64,000 nucleotides of DNA, from contig MU008166.1 in the NCBI GenBank assembly GCA_010909165.1, positions 868,001 through 932,000 of the forward strand, in the 5' to 3' direction. The position numbers and the translations under genes are program-made. The DNA comes from Anthoceros angustus (lineage: Eukaryota > Plantae > Anthocerotophyta). Positions 1 through 12,054 of the stretch are shown here, one piece after another (positions within the stretch are counted from its first letter, which is position 1; each line of letters begins with the position of its first letter). The notes beneath the pieces were generated by a model. That model ran no database searches. It was not told the origin of the DNA and saw nothing but the letters and a program-made list of their open reading frames with translations.

Positions 1-3000
1 CTCAACAGTGTCACAGTTTCGTGATGCAGCGTCAGCATTAAAAGGAGCAAGGCATATGGTAAGTGGGCACTTTATGAGATAATGTGTAGGTGCTATGGTT
101 GGCACTGGTCTCAGTATAGCACATGAGATTCATTTGAATGCCGTGGCATGGAAAATCCCAGGTAGCTGTGGAGATCTTCTCTGAGCCTGCATGTCGGGAA
201 TATGTGAGGAATGTGTTCAATGAGCGATGTGTGTTATCAACAAAACCCACGGTGGATGGCAACACTTCAATCGACTCCTTCCATAAATATGGCCCTGTGA
301 AGTGGCTGTGCAATAAGCCAGTCAGTGCTTTTGTTGATGGCCAGTGGCTTTTGATTCAGAAAGCAGAAGAGGAGAAGCTGCTGACTGTGAAGATGGGCTT
401 GCCTGAAGAGGTCATTCAGACTGTGGTGATGCATGAGTTTGAATCGTGCTATATTAGTGATGGTGTAAGCAAAGCTGCCCAGGCATGGAACGAACAACGA
501 AAGCTGATACTCAAAGAGGCATTGCACTCACATTTTATTCCATTTATGGAAAAGGAGATGAGGATGGTTCTGGCTGCCCGTGCAAAGCAGTGGGTGGCAA
601 TGCAATGTGGCTTGGAACTGTGGAAGAAGGTATCTGTTGCTCCGTATCTCCGAGCCAAGATGGAATCTGAGGATCATTTAGAGGTTGAAGGTGCGCCTGT
701 CTTGGCCTGCTGTTGGGGTCCGGGGAACCCCCCTACCACGTTTGTGATGCTGGACATGGCTGGCGAGATGATAGATAGGATTGAGACTGCACATATGCAT
801 GTAAGGTCACAAACTGCCCCTTCTGACCTACAAAAGAAGAAGGCTAGGAACCAACGAGACCTGCTGGAGTGCATGAAAGTTCATAAGCCACACGTGCTTG
901 TTGTTGGAGCAGCAAAACTTTGTTGCCGGAATTTGAAGGAGGAGATAGTGTCCGAGGTATCTCAAGTCTTCCTCGTCTCTACTTTCTTGCCTCTACACTT
1001 CTTGTGTGACTGGGATTTTGAAAGCTCCTTGTTATCTTTGGCAGGTGATCTTCAAGATACTGGAAGAGTATCCACGAGAGCTGCCAGAAGGGCTGGAGAT
1101 CATTGACCATGTTTTTGCTGATGAAGCTTTACCATCTCTATTTGAAAATTCTCGAGTTTCTGAGGAGCAGATACCAGGGCAGCCAGGTTCGTGTACATCA
1201 CTGCAGGCAGTGGGTCGGCATAGTTGCGGTCGCCTTGGCTCAAATGCTAACCTGCTGTGGACTTCGTGTATTGTTGTTTCTCTTTGCCCACAGGCATAGT
1301 AAGGCGTGCAGTCGCTCTAGGACGATACTTACAGAATCCTCTGGCTATGGTGGCTTCCTTGTGTGGTCCGCGCAAGGAGATATTGTCTCTTAGGTTCCAT
1401 CCTTTTCAGGAGTACCTCTCTAATGATGAGGTCTATGAGGCATTAGAGGAGGTCATGATAACAGTCACAAATCAAGTTGGTGTGGATATCAATATGGCAT
1501 CGTCTCATGAATGGCTCTTTGCACCTCTACAATTTGTCTCTGGCCTTGGACCACGTAAAGCAGCATATATCCAACGTTGCTTCCGTGGTCAACGACTAAA
1601 TACAAGAAAGGAGATGATTGCATCCTACAACCTTGTCGGCAGAAATGTCTTCATTAATGCTGCTGGCTTCATCCGTGTCCGTGGAGTTGGCCTTGGAGCT
1701 TCAGGTAGCCAAATTATGGATGTGCTTGATGATACTCGAATTCATCCTGAGTCCTATGATCTTGCAAAGAGGTTGGCAGAATTTGCCTGTGCTGAGGATT
1801 ATGGGAATGACAGGGATGACGAGGAAGATTTGACAGCAGAAATGGCCATAGAGCGTGTGAAAGAGAATACAAGTTTACTTACAAAGTTGGACGTGGAGAA
1901 GTTTGTGTCAACCTTGCAAGATAAGGGTGACAAGGGTCCTGGGAAAAAGCAAGAGACTGTGCAACTGATCATCGCAGAGCTGCTTGAAGGCTATCGGGAA
2001 TGGCGTGCACCATATACAAAACCATCTGATGATGCTGTATTTGACATGTTGACAGGGGAGAGCGAAGATAGTCTGGGTGTGGGTAGACTTACCCATGCCA
2101 CCGTCAGAAAAGTTCAGGAGAACCGAGTGCTCTGTAATCTGGAGTCTGGACTGATGGGGATTGTCCAGAAAGAAGAGCTTTCAGATGAGAAATGCATGGA
2201 TCCCTCAGAGAAGGTTTCTGAGGGGAGTGTAATTACGTGTAGAATCAAAGATGTCAACAAAACCAAATTCCTTGTAGAATTGACTTGCAGAGGTAGTGAA
2301 CTAAGGGATGAGCAGAGACATGCCCGATTCCCAGAAGACCCCTATTACCGCGAGGATACAAGCGTGTTGCAGCTGCAGGTGGACAAGGTCAAGGCCAAGA
2401 AGGAAGAGAAGCGCAGCCAAGGTGTCAGGCCTCGGATGATAGTGCATCCTCACTTCCAAAATATATCAATGGCTGCGGCAATGGAGGTAACTCCCATTTT
2501 TTGTACCTTGCAGCTTAAAAGTCTTGTTCACGACCAGAGTCTGAAGTAGCTTTTTATTTCACCTCAGGCTCTTAAGGACAGAGACGTGGGGGAGGTGATT
2601 GTGCGACCCAGCAGTAAAGGGCCCAGCCATTTGTCAATGACTCTTAAATTCTATGACGGTGTGTACACACACATCGATATTGTGGAGAGTGGGAAGGAGG
2701 TCAGGGATCTGACTAGTTTTCTTCGACTTGGCAAGATACTCACCATTAATGACGAGACATATGAGGATCTTGATGAGGTGAGTGAGTGTGGAAGATGCTC
2801 CTTTTGGTGAGGAGTGCAATGATGTTGTCCTCCTTTTGGTGGAAAACCTTTCTTTTGATGGATGTTGCCGTCTGATTTGTTGTTGCCTTGCATTCAGGTC
2901 ATAGCAAGATACGTCGATCCTGTCAGCAACCTGTTGAAAGAGATGTATCGATACAGGAAGTTCAAACGAGGCACAAAAGCAGAGGTGGATGAGGCCTTGC

Positions 3001-3749
3001 ATATGGAGAAGTCTACCAATCCTATGAGAATCGCCTACTGCTTCTCTGTGGCATTTGATCATCCAGGGGCATTCATGCTGACTTTTATCCGCAGCATCAC
3101 TCCTCACCACGAGTACATATCAGTCGGTCCAAAAGGGTTCAAGTATCGGAAGAGGTTTTTTGAGAGCCCTGACCGGCTTGTATCATACTTCCAGAAACAC
3201 CACAACGACCCTATGTCTGAAGCCCCCCCAAGACGGGCACTTGCTGCCATGGTTCTTCCTCGAAGTCCAGCTCCTGGGAACTCCGCCATGCCTTCAAGTG
3301 GTTGGAGCAATGGCACCCCCAACTCATCAAGCATGTGGAACAGGCCTCCTGGATCTGTTTCCTCCAGTGGGTGGGGTTCAAGCAAGACGACTTACGACCG
3401 GTCTGACCGAGGACGAGGCGCCAGTGACATGGCGACTGCTGGATCTTGGCAACAGCCGGCAGAAAGTGCGGGCCAGTTCAGATCAGGTTGGGATATGGAG
3501 GCTACCACCAGGAGCAGTGGCTGGACCGCCTCACCCATGAATAGCAGAGATACCACCAGCGGATGGGGTAGCACGCCGAACAGCTCCTGGGGAAATAAAC
3601 CCAAGGAGTCTGTGGATAGCTGGGGAAGCAAATCCAAGGACAACTCGGATTCTGGCTGGGGCCAGCCCCCGAAGTCTCAAGGAAGCAGATGGGAGGACAT
3701 AGAGCCAGCTGCACCCGGTACTGGCGAAACAACTGGTTGGTCGAGATAA
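1..3749 (+). CDS. SPT6: Transcription elongation factor SPT6-like (5' part outside window). Exons approx <1-58, 162-956, 1045-1186, 1294-2486, 2568-2777, 2898-3749
   Basis: YqgF region (VLACCWGPG), HhH (FVSGLGPRKA, LDDTRIHPESY), S1 domain, tandem SH2 (RPSSKGPSHL; YCFSVAFDHPGAFML), GT-AG introns that join the ORFs in frame, and a GW/SW-rich C-terminal tail. Confidence 0.95.
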
Positions 3750-4278
3750 GACTACTACGCTTCCGGCCGGTAACTCCTCCCGACATAACCTGTTAATTTG
3801 CCTTCTATAGCTAAGCTAGGATTCCAGCCCGTGGGACGGAGGGGTTGTTGAACAGTGCCGGGTAGGGCATGGTCTTTTTCCACGTGAGGCCTAACTGATA
3901 ACGGGCTCTAATTTAAGGGTCTGGGGAACGGGATCTTCGTGTCTGGGAATGGAATTGGAGGCTATGCATGCGCGTTCACGGAGTGAATGTCGTTCACATT
4001 CTACTCATGTTCACCCACCCGTTCTTCGGTCATTGAACGGCACTTGTTGATAGTTTTCTGGCCGACACCTGGTCAGGAGAATCAGGCGCCTCGTTTTCGG
4101 GCGAAGTGGAGCTCTCCGGACTTGACCTAATGGGAAATTTGGCCGGCATCAACACGGAAGTCGCCACTTGCTGGCTTCGTCGCGTCGTCAGTTGCTGTCC
4201 AACGCACTAGTCTCCTCCATGCTCATTAGACTGTAGCGTCGGCCTCCGACTCGTTGGCAGCATCCAGCCGCGCTTGCA

Positions 4279-5478
4279 ATGGCTTTGCTGGTGAGATTCC
4301 CTAGCGCCGCAAGGAGTGCTCCTGTGCGTGTCAGGGACAGGATTTTCAATGCCGCCTGCTCTGGGACGTGCGAGCTCCGGACAGAGCTGGCAGCAGCAGC
4401 AGGGCTTGGAGGGAAGGCCTTGGTGTGGAAATTGGACGAGAGCAGGAGTCCGGCGCAGGCGAGGAGGAGGAGGGGGAAAGGCAAGGGAGGAGAGTCGTGT
4501 GTTGCTGCCACCGCATTGCCTTTGGGAGCGGACGGGCCTTCTCCTCTCCGGTCCTTGCCGAACATCTTGGAGAAGGCGGACTGGCTGGACGCCTTCTACC
4601 GCTTCTCGCGGCCGCACACCGTGATCGGCACCGCAATTGGCGTAATTTCTGTGTCTCTGCTGGCTGTGCAGAATTCGTCGGATTTTTCCTTGCGCTTCTT
4701 TCTCGGCCTGTTCCAAGCTCTGGTGCCTGCTCTGTGCATGAATGTGTACATCGTCGGGTTGAACCAAATTTACGATGTGGAAATCGACAAGGTGAACAAG
4801 CCCACTCTTCCTCTGGCGTCCGGTGAATACAATCTGGCTACTGCGGTTACTATAGTGGTGTGCTTTGCTGCTGTCAGCATGGCGTGGGGGCTGCTGGTAG
4901 GATCCAAGCCTTTGTTAGCGGCTCTGACTGTCAGCCTGGTGCTCGGGACAGCCTACTCCATGGATCTACCGCTGCTGCGATGGAAGAAGTCCGCTTTGGC
5001 TGCTGCTACTTGCATCCTTGCTGTCAGGGCAATTGTGGTGCAGGTCGCGTTTTACCTCCACATGCAGTCATTTGTGTTTGGTAGAGCAGGGATTCTGTCA
5101 CGGCCTCTCGTATTTGCCACCAGCTTTATGTGCTTCTTCTCTGTGGTTATTGCTCTTGCCAAGGACATCCCGGATGTGGAAGGGGACAAAATCTTCGGCA
5201 TCCGCTCTTTCTCTGTCAGAGTGGGGCAAGAACGCATCTTCTGGTTATGCGTGTGGTTACTTGAGGCCGCATATGCTACAGCTGTGCTGGTAGGGGCCTC
5301 TTCTCCTGTCTTGTGGAGTAAAATCGCCATGATCGCTGGTCACACAGTCCTGGCAGGGGCTCTCTTACAGCGATCCAAGGCCGTGGACCTGAGAAGTAAA
5401 TCTTCCATCACCTCCTTCTACATGTTCATTTGGAAGCTCTTCTACGCAGAGTACCTCCTCATTCCTTTCATGCGGTGA
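4279..5478 (+). CDS. HPT1: Homogentisate phytyltransferase (UbiA family, tocopherol synthesis), single exon
   Basis: 399 aa ORF with a transit-like N-terminus, AFYRFSRPHT, NQIYDVEIDKVNKP and KDIPDVEGD motifs, and a C-terminal FYMFIWKLFYAEY. Confidence 0.93.
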   Translation: MALLVRFPSAARSAPVRVRDRIFNAACSGTCELRTELAAAAGLGGKALVWKLDESRSPAQARRRRGKGKGGESCVAATALPLGADGPSPLRSLPNILEKADWLDAFYRFSRPHTVIGTAIGVISVSLLAVQNSSDFSLRFFLGLFQALVPALCMNVYIVGLNQIYDVEIDKVNKPTLPLASGEYNLATAVTIVVCFAAVSMAWGLLVGSKPLLAALTVSLVLGTAYSMDLPLLRWKKSALAAATCILAVRAIVVQVAFYLHMQSFVFGRAGILSRPLVFATSFMCFFSVVIALAKDIPDVEGDKIFGIRSFSVRVGQERIFWLCVWLLEAAYATAVLVGASSPVLWSKIAMIAGHTVLAGALLQRSKAVDLRSKSSITSFYMFIWKLFYAEYLLIPFMR

Positions 5479-6041
5479 ACACAGCATTTCTTCAGGCCAT
5501 CTTTTGGGAAGCACTTCTCTTCCCCGAAAGATTGAGATCTGTCATTGATTACCATTGTAAATGAATTCTGTGAGCTTCTCTGGACTCCTGTTATGTTTCG
5601 TCTGTCCTGCCCCGATTGCCAGAAGCATACTCTTGGAAGCGGCCTCTGCTATCCAGACAACATCCTTGCTGTTGTAAGACTACAATAAAAAGTCCGCCCT
5701 GAACAAGTTATTGTCTTCCTCGGCTAGGCATGCATTTGCCTCCGTCCCTTTTGGTTTTAGCAGCGTCCTTGTTTGCTTGATGCTGTGCTGAATGCATACG
5801 GTATTTAGTCCAGTATCTCTCTTTTCAGGGGAGCCTATTTTATTTGAATATCCAAGCTAATTTCGTCTGTATAATTCAATTTTGTTTTACTGGAGGGTAA
5901 AATAGCAATTTCTTGGTGACCTAGGCAACTCAACAGGTGGAGTACGACTCGAGGCGGTCCAGCAGACTCTAGAGTGCTCTACGGGGACAGCGAGGGGATG
6001 CATGACTGCCCTTGGCGAAGGGTTTGTGTTATTGGACTGCT

Positions 6042-7178
6042 ATGCCTGCAACAGCGAACGCGAAGATGGCGGGTGCCGGGACCGGGAGGGCTGGCGTTGC
6101 CGCGGCAGGCCGCAGCCTGCCATCGCAGGAGCTGCTGGATGACTTGTGCAGCAGGTTTGTGTTGAACGCCCCGGAGGAGGAGTTGCAGGCGTTTGAGAGG
6201 ATCTTTTTTCTAGTGGAGCAGGCGCACTGGTTCTACGAAGACAACACGGTGGACCAGAACCCGGGACTCAAGACCCTGACTCTCCGAGAGTTTGCCAGCC
6301 TCATGTTCCAGAGCTGCGGTGCGCTGCGGCCATATATTTCGCACATCGATGACATCTACAAGGACTTCACCACGTACAAGGTTCGGGTGCCGGTGACGGG
6401 GGCCATCATTCTGGACGAGTCGTTCGAGAGGTGCCTGCTGGTGAAGGGCTGGAAGGCTGGGGCTAGTTGGAGTTTTCCTAGAGGCAAGAAGAACAAGGAT
6501 GAGGAGGACCACAGGTGCGCGGCCAGGGAGGTGTGGGAGGAGACAGGGTTTGACATAGCGGGGCTGATACAGTTGAACGATTTCGTGGAGGTGACCATGG
6601 CGGGGCAGAGACTGCGATTGTATATTATTGGAGGGGTGAAGAGTGACACGGTGTTTGAGCCGCAGACCAGGAAGGAGATTAGCGAGATTGCCTGGCACAG
6701 AGTTGATGAGCTTCCCACGGCTAGCAACGAGACGTCCCATAACAGGGGGCCGACAGGGATCAAGTATTTCATGGTTTGGCCTTTCATGGCCGACCTGCGG
6801 AAATGGATTTCGAGCTACCATCCTCTTCTGCCCAAGAGCGATGCTGTCCATGTCGGGAAGACCGTTTGGAAGGTTAAGGCCAACGCAGGTCCTGGAGTCT
6901 CCAACGGCCCTGGAATTTTGGCGGCTCCTGTGGTACCCCAGTTGCCTTCGGCAGCTCCAGCTCCGACACCGGAGGCGCTGGCCGCTCCTCTGCTGCCCAC
7001 CCCCGTCCCCACGGCTGCAGCACGTTCGACGACCACCCCCGATAAGCACAGGTCCAGTCGGGCCCCTCCCGGAAACAGCTTCCGTAGCTTTAGGATTGAC
7101 GCTACGAAAATAGTTCCCTTGGATTTTACTCCCGAGCCTCAAGGTTCAGGTAACAAGTCGAATCTGGCTGTGCAATGA
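6042..7178 (+). CDS. DCP2: mRNA decapping enzyme DCP2, single exon (start ATG at 6042 or 6066)
   Basis: Box A (LLDDLCSRF, EQAHWFYED), Nudix box GKKNKDEEDHRCAAREVWEETG, TRKEIS, and a C-terminal SFRSFRID-type motif. Confidence 0.94.
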   Translation: MPATANAKMAGAGTGRAGVAAAGRSLPSQELLDDLCSRFVLNAPEEELQAFERIFFLVEQAHWFYEDNTVDQNPGLKTLTLREFASLMFQSCGALRPYISHIDDIYKDFTTYKVRVPVTGAIILDESFERCLLVKGWKAGASWSFPRGKKNKDEEDHRCAAREVWEETGFDIAGLIQLNDFVEVTMAGQRLRLYIIGGVKSDTVFEPQTRKEISEIAWHRVDELPTASNETSHNRGPTGIKYFMVWPFMADLRKWISSYHPLLPKSDAVHVGKTVWKVKANAGPGVSNGPGILAAPVVPQLPSAAPAPTPEALAAPLLPTPVPTAAARSTTTPDKHRSSRAPPGNSFRSFRIDATKIVPLDFTPEPQGSGNKSNLAVQ

Positions 7179-7475
7179 CCTGTTGCGAGGTGAGAGGCCG
7201 GAGTTGGAAAGAGGATACAAAGTGCGCACAGTAAGAACTCGCAAGCCGCGGCAGGCGCAGGAACAGGCGGTGGGGAGAGCGCACAAGGCGTGGCTGTCGC
7301 GCCTAGCGATTCTGAAGCCGAGAACTTGTGGAACCAAGGGCCACGAAAGTTTGATAACGACACGGAAACGGCCTACGGAGAAACAAATTGAAACAACAGA
7401 GATGTCAGGGGAGGCCCTTGACCATCTCAGCATATTTGCTCAAAATGGAGCAGGGATCCCTCGCTTTTGAGCTGC

Positions 7476-10391
7476 TTAGAATCGCCGCATGTCTTTGGGA
7501 GGCTTGAAGTGAATGGGATGGGTTTCTGGTGTTGCCGACTCGTCCTCCTTCCACATCTTAATTGTCTTGTCTGCTTCGCAGGTGACGAGCCTGCTTCCAG
7601 TCAAATCGTAGGATAGGGCATAAATTCCAGCTTCACTGTCGAGTGAACCTGCATCCACCATTAGGTCCGAGTTAGAATAGAACAGTTCACATGCACTGCA
7701 ATCACCTGGCGACTATTGACAAGCCAGATTTGTATCGTACCAGGTTGTACAATAGTTTGTGTCTGCTGGAAGTTGTGACCACTTTTCCAGTCCCAAAACC
7801 AGAGACTTCCATTGTCACCTATTCACAACATTTGGGGGGTTAGACGCCTGCTGACCATGGTAATGACTCAGGAGGCCGTGAAATAAATTAGAATCAAGAA
7901 ACTACCAGCCGACACCATAACGTTCTCCTCATTGATAGCCATGCAGTTCACTATAGTCCTCTGTTGCGACCTGTCAATGCGATATCAAAATCAAAATCAG
8001 TTACCACCACAATATTCATGACACTCTTATTACAAGAAGCTGGAGACAAGATCCTTATTGCTCACAGCATGTTATGCAAAAAGTCGCCTTTAGGGAGCCG
8101 AAACTTCTTGATGTTGTCTGCAGATGCAGAGGCGAACGTGTGCCTGTTGGATATGAGCCAAATATTACGACATATCTACACACCAGCTATTGCATAACCT
8201 GATTCAAAACCTTAGGCAACACTGGGCACCAAGAGATCCAGTACAATTACACTGCACTGCAGTATGAAGAAAGTGTTTTGTGTACTTACTCAAATGGATG
8301 CATAGCCAAAGCTCGAACAGATTTCTTGTGGAATGTAAGGGTTGACATTGATTTCCCTGCAGAACAAGATGGCTCTTGTAGTCAGTATCAACTTAAATTG
8401 ACAGTGCAATAGCATTAGGCCCACAGTACAGAGTGCCATGCCTGCTGCAAGATCCCAGAGCTTGATGGTTGTGTCGTGTGACCCTGTCACAACTTGGGGA
8501 TCCTGCAAAATGATCACAGATACTAAGTACATGCAAAACCACATCATGTTATCACAGAGATAGAAGAGGGCCTCCTGTCGTGCCACAAAGAGACATACGG
8601 TAGCCTGCGTGATGACTGAGCAGACAGTGTTTTCATGGCCTGAAAGAGCAAATATTTGGGCTTTCGTCCGCATGTCCCAGACCTGCCAGAGTGACGTCCA
8701 CAAGTTAGCTCAACAACAATGCAGAGATCTTGTAGCCCAGTCCATTAGAGTTTTTAACTTCTCCATACAATAGGGAGCTAAACGACAGTCCCTCTGAAGG
8801 ATCTCATATGGCTGTGTTGGAAAAAGAACGGATGCTGTGAGACACACAGCCCACAAACACAACAGGACAACTTATCTTACCCTGCAGACTGAGTCTCGGC
8901 CACCAGTCATCAGAATGTCCAGAGTTGGGTGAAGTGACAAGCAATAGACTCCACTTAAATGACCATGGTATGAACGGATCACCTGCAACAACAGATAACC
9001 ATTCTAGTCCATTGTCAAAGGCACATTCAGATTCAGAATTATCATTCTCTTCACCAAAAGCCATGTCAACAGGGCACGTCACACCCATACCTTGTTATAT
9101 TCGAGATCCCAGCATTTGACCTGCTTATCATCACCAGCAGAGAACATGTAGGGGTGCCTTGTACTCACAGCAAGACCTGTTCTTGGCGATAAGCATAATC
9201 AGTGGCAGAATCCCACAAAGGGCTCACATCCGCAGCAGCCCAGTCACTCCAGCATTACGCATTTCATCTACGTATCCTCCAGCGAGGTAAAAATGATCTC
9301 GCTTCAAGGAGAACTAGAACTATGGACATACCTCGAATCTGCTCAATGTGGCCAGTTAGTGTCAGTTTCAGCTTTCCTGAGGCTGTTTCCCAAATCTGAA
9401 AACAGACACCTCAACGTCAACTCTCATGAGCAAAGGAAAAACGTACTTGAAACACAGAGACATCAGTAAGAGCAGGACACACTTATTGCCCAGGACTTAG
9501 AAAAGGACGCTGCCATGTGACATTACTTTGATAGTCCTGTCTGCAGATCCTGTGCAAAACCATTCATTGCCAGGATCAAACGCTATCGACCTCACCCATC
9601 CAAGATGTCCACTGGTCACCTGCAAAAAGATTACACCGAATGTGAGTGGGATGAAACCAGGGCACTAACTGCTCACACCATGAACCACACCGCCAATACC
9701 GCTTCATACCCTATAATTCACCCAGGGAGGATGCCACACTGGTTTGGGCCATTTGCTAGGAAGCCTCTTCATGACAGAGGCACTAGGCTGGTACCTACAT
9801 TTTCAGGAGTACATTAGCCAATAAAAACTGTCAAACAAGAAACAAGGTCTAGAAAAAAGACCACTGAAACAGGCACTCACCTCTCAACGGTGCCTGGAAG
9901 AGTCCTCTGGTCAGCAGGGTTCGCAGCACCAGGACCTGCACCATTTGCCGCTGGACCTGCTGCAGGGAGTTCAACCGACGGAGGGGCACCAGAAGGTGCT
10001 GCAGGGTCAGGACCAGGCAAAGCAAGGACAGTCGACGTAGAGGGTGCTGCAGCAGGGATTGCAGCAGCCCTTCCCGACACTCCCACAGTGTCCTTGACCG
10101 ACCCATACTCCTCTCGCACCTGTCAGGAGGGCAGCACAACCCTCAGCTTACGACGCGAAAAACAGCTTTGGTGCACCACTATGAGAGTTCACACCCCGTT
10201 CTTCCCCACCAAAGCCCAAGATCAAAGCTCACCTTGCACGATATCCTCACGCTGCGACTGACTGCGTGGCTCACAACCACTTCGGACTGCGACTTCCCGA
10301 AGAGCTCATACGTCCGCTTCAAAGATTTGAGACTCAGTTTCTTCAGTGACTGCGGCTCGATGGAGTCTGGTGCCACCGCAGTGGCAGGCAT
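7476..10391 (-). CDS. PRL1: Pleiotropic regulatory locus 1 (PLRG1/Prp46 WD40 spliceosome NTC subunit), many short introns
   Basis: N-terminus [26 protein letters not shown]; WD exons [13 protein letters not shown]...[33 protein letters not shown]; C-terminus [21 protein letters not shown]...RRF. Confidence 0.93.
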
Positions 10392-10974
10392 CGCGCCCCA
10401 GCCTCCAGGCTTCGTACGCGGTCCACAGACCAAACCAGACGAATTCTCCGAAAACCTATTACGTATCACAAACCTGCTTTTCAGGACGTACCCTCTCTAC
10501 CTTAGACTATTTTGGTTACACCCTCTACGATATACTTACCTATCACTATTTTACTTTTATTTTTCCATATTTAGAAACCAATTCACAAACCTGCTTTTCA
10601 AGACGTACCCTCTACCCTTATACTATATTCATTACAACATTCTCTCTTATATAAAACCAATTCAAGGTCACAAGATAGCCTGGAGTATTTTGGAGTGATG
10701 CCAAAGACAATTCAAAAGCCAAAAAGTTCTCTCTCGATATTTTGGATCTTATCGATCATTAGGGATTTATCGTATGTAAATTATTTTTTTAATCTGTCTA
10801 TCTATCTATCTACTTTTTTATCCAGTTTTTTGTCCTACGTTTGAATTGAAACAGGGTATATATGTATATATATATTATTTAAAAATATATTATATTTTAC
10901 ATGCTATAACTCTCAACTTTTAGGATAACCGGTGGACCTAGTAGCCGAAATCATAAATCGCCATTGCTCAAAGG

Positions 10975-11590
10975 ACAAGGTCAAGAGGAAGAGGATTGAA
11001 ACATTACATAGCACTCCATAGGACACAGAACCTTCAAGAAAGGAGGAGGTGAAAAAGAAGGAGTACAACATCTGACACTGCACCGTGGGGCATGGAACCT
11101 TTAAGAAAGGAGGAGGTCAAAAAGAAGAGGATTGAAACATCACACACCCCACCGTGGGACATGGAACCTTCTAGAAAGGAGGAGGTCAAAAAGAAGAAGA
11201 GTGAAACATCACACATCCGGCCCTGGGACATGGAACATTCAAGAAAGGAGGAGGTCAAAGAGAAGAGGATTGAAACTTCACACACGCCACCGTGGGACAT
11301 GAAACCTTCAAGAAAGGAGGAGTTCAAAGAGAAGAGGATTGAAACATCACACACGCCACCGTGGGACATGAAACCTTCAAGAAAGGAGGAGGTCAAAAAG
11401 AAGAGTGAAACATTACAAACCTCACCGTGGGACATGAAATCTTCAAGGAAAGAGGAGGTCAGAAAGAAGAGGATTGAAACATCACACACTCTACCGTGGG
11501 ACATGGAACCTTCAAGAAAGGAGGAGATCAAAACGAAGATTGAATCGTCACACACCCCACCGTGGGACATGGAACCCTCAAGAAAGATTC
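10975..11590 (+). repeat. Tandem minisatellite, ~9 copies of a 66-69 bp unit
   Basis: Recurring AAGAAAGGAGGAGGTCAAAAAGAAGAGGATTGAAACATCACACACNCCACCGTGGGACATGGAACCTTC. Confidence 0.95.
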
Positions 11591-12054
11591 AACGGCACGA
11601 AAGAAGTACACCACAACCTAACTTGAATGTGTTAGGCGAATCATCCTTAGAACGTGTGAATGACATATCAATCGCGGGGGCTGCAAGGGAAAAGTTTCTT
11701 TATGATAAGATGATGACCAGTGGCGCGAAGCTGAAGGCCAAAGTGCTTCAAGCATGTGCAACACGACGAGAAATAATTGTCTTGAACGTTGACCCAAAGC
11801 TGGAATCGAAATCTCAAGGAAAGAATGCTGGAAAAAAAAAGACTGTTGGAAAACAAAGTGGACGAATTCAACAACACAAACATGTGCACTCCAAGAATAC
11901 TACATCATTTGGTGTTGTTGACCCTATCAAAGAAGCAATCGAAGAGCTGAACGTGATCAAACCTAAGAAGACCACCAAACCCACAAAGATGCAAAAGATG
12001 TTAATGCGGCTAAGAATGGAAGCCAAGGTGGAATGCGCAGTATACAGAAAATAG
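11092..12054 (+). CDS. Unknown Lys/Glu-rich repeat protein (ETSHTPPWDMEPSRKEEVKKKRI)n with a basic C-terminal region; possibly TE-borne
   Basis: 320 aa ORF in an AT-rich island. Repeat units stay in frame, but the upstream-most unit has TGG>TAG. Confidence 0.4.
   Translation: MEPLRKEEVKKKRIETSHTPPWDMEPSRKEEVKKKKSETSHIRPWDMEHSRKEEVKEKRIETSHTPPWDMKPSRKEEFKEKRIETSHTPPWDMKPSRKEEVKKKSETLQTSPWDMKSSRKEEVRKKRIETSHTLPWDMEPSRKEEIKTKIESSHTPPWDMEPSRKIQRHERSTPQPNLNVLGESSLERVNDISIAGAAREKFLYDKMMTSGAKLKAKVLQACATRREIIVLNVDPKLESKSQGKNAGKKKTVGKQSGRIQQHKHVHSKNTTSFGVVDPIKEAIEELNVIKPKKTTKPTKMQKMLMRLRMEAKVECAVYRK

Noticed and set aside
6210-7142. 310 aa antisense ORF over DCP2
   Set aside because: Shadow ORF from codon bias on the opposite strand; no motifs.
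11034-11570. Hydrophobic repeat ORF on the minus strand
   Set aside because: Reverse complement of the purine-rich minisatellite; not independent evidence of a gene.
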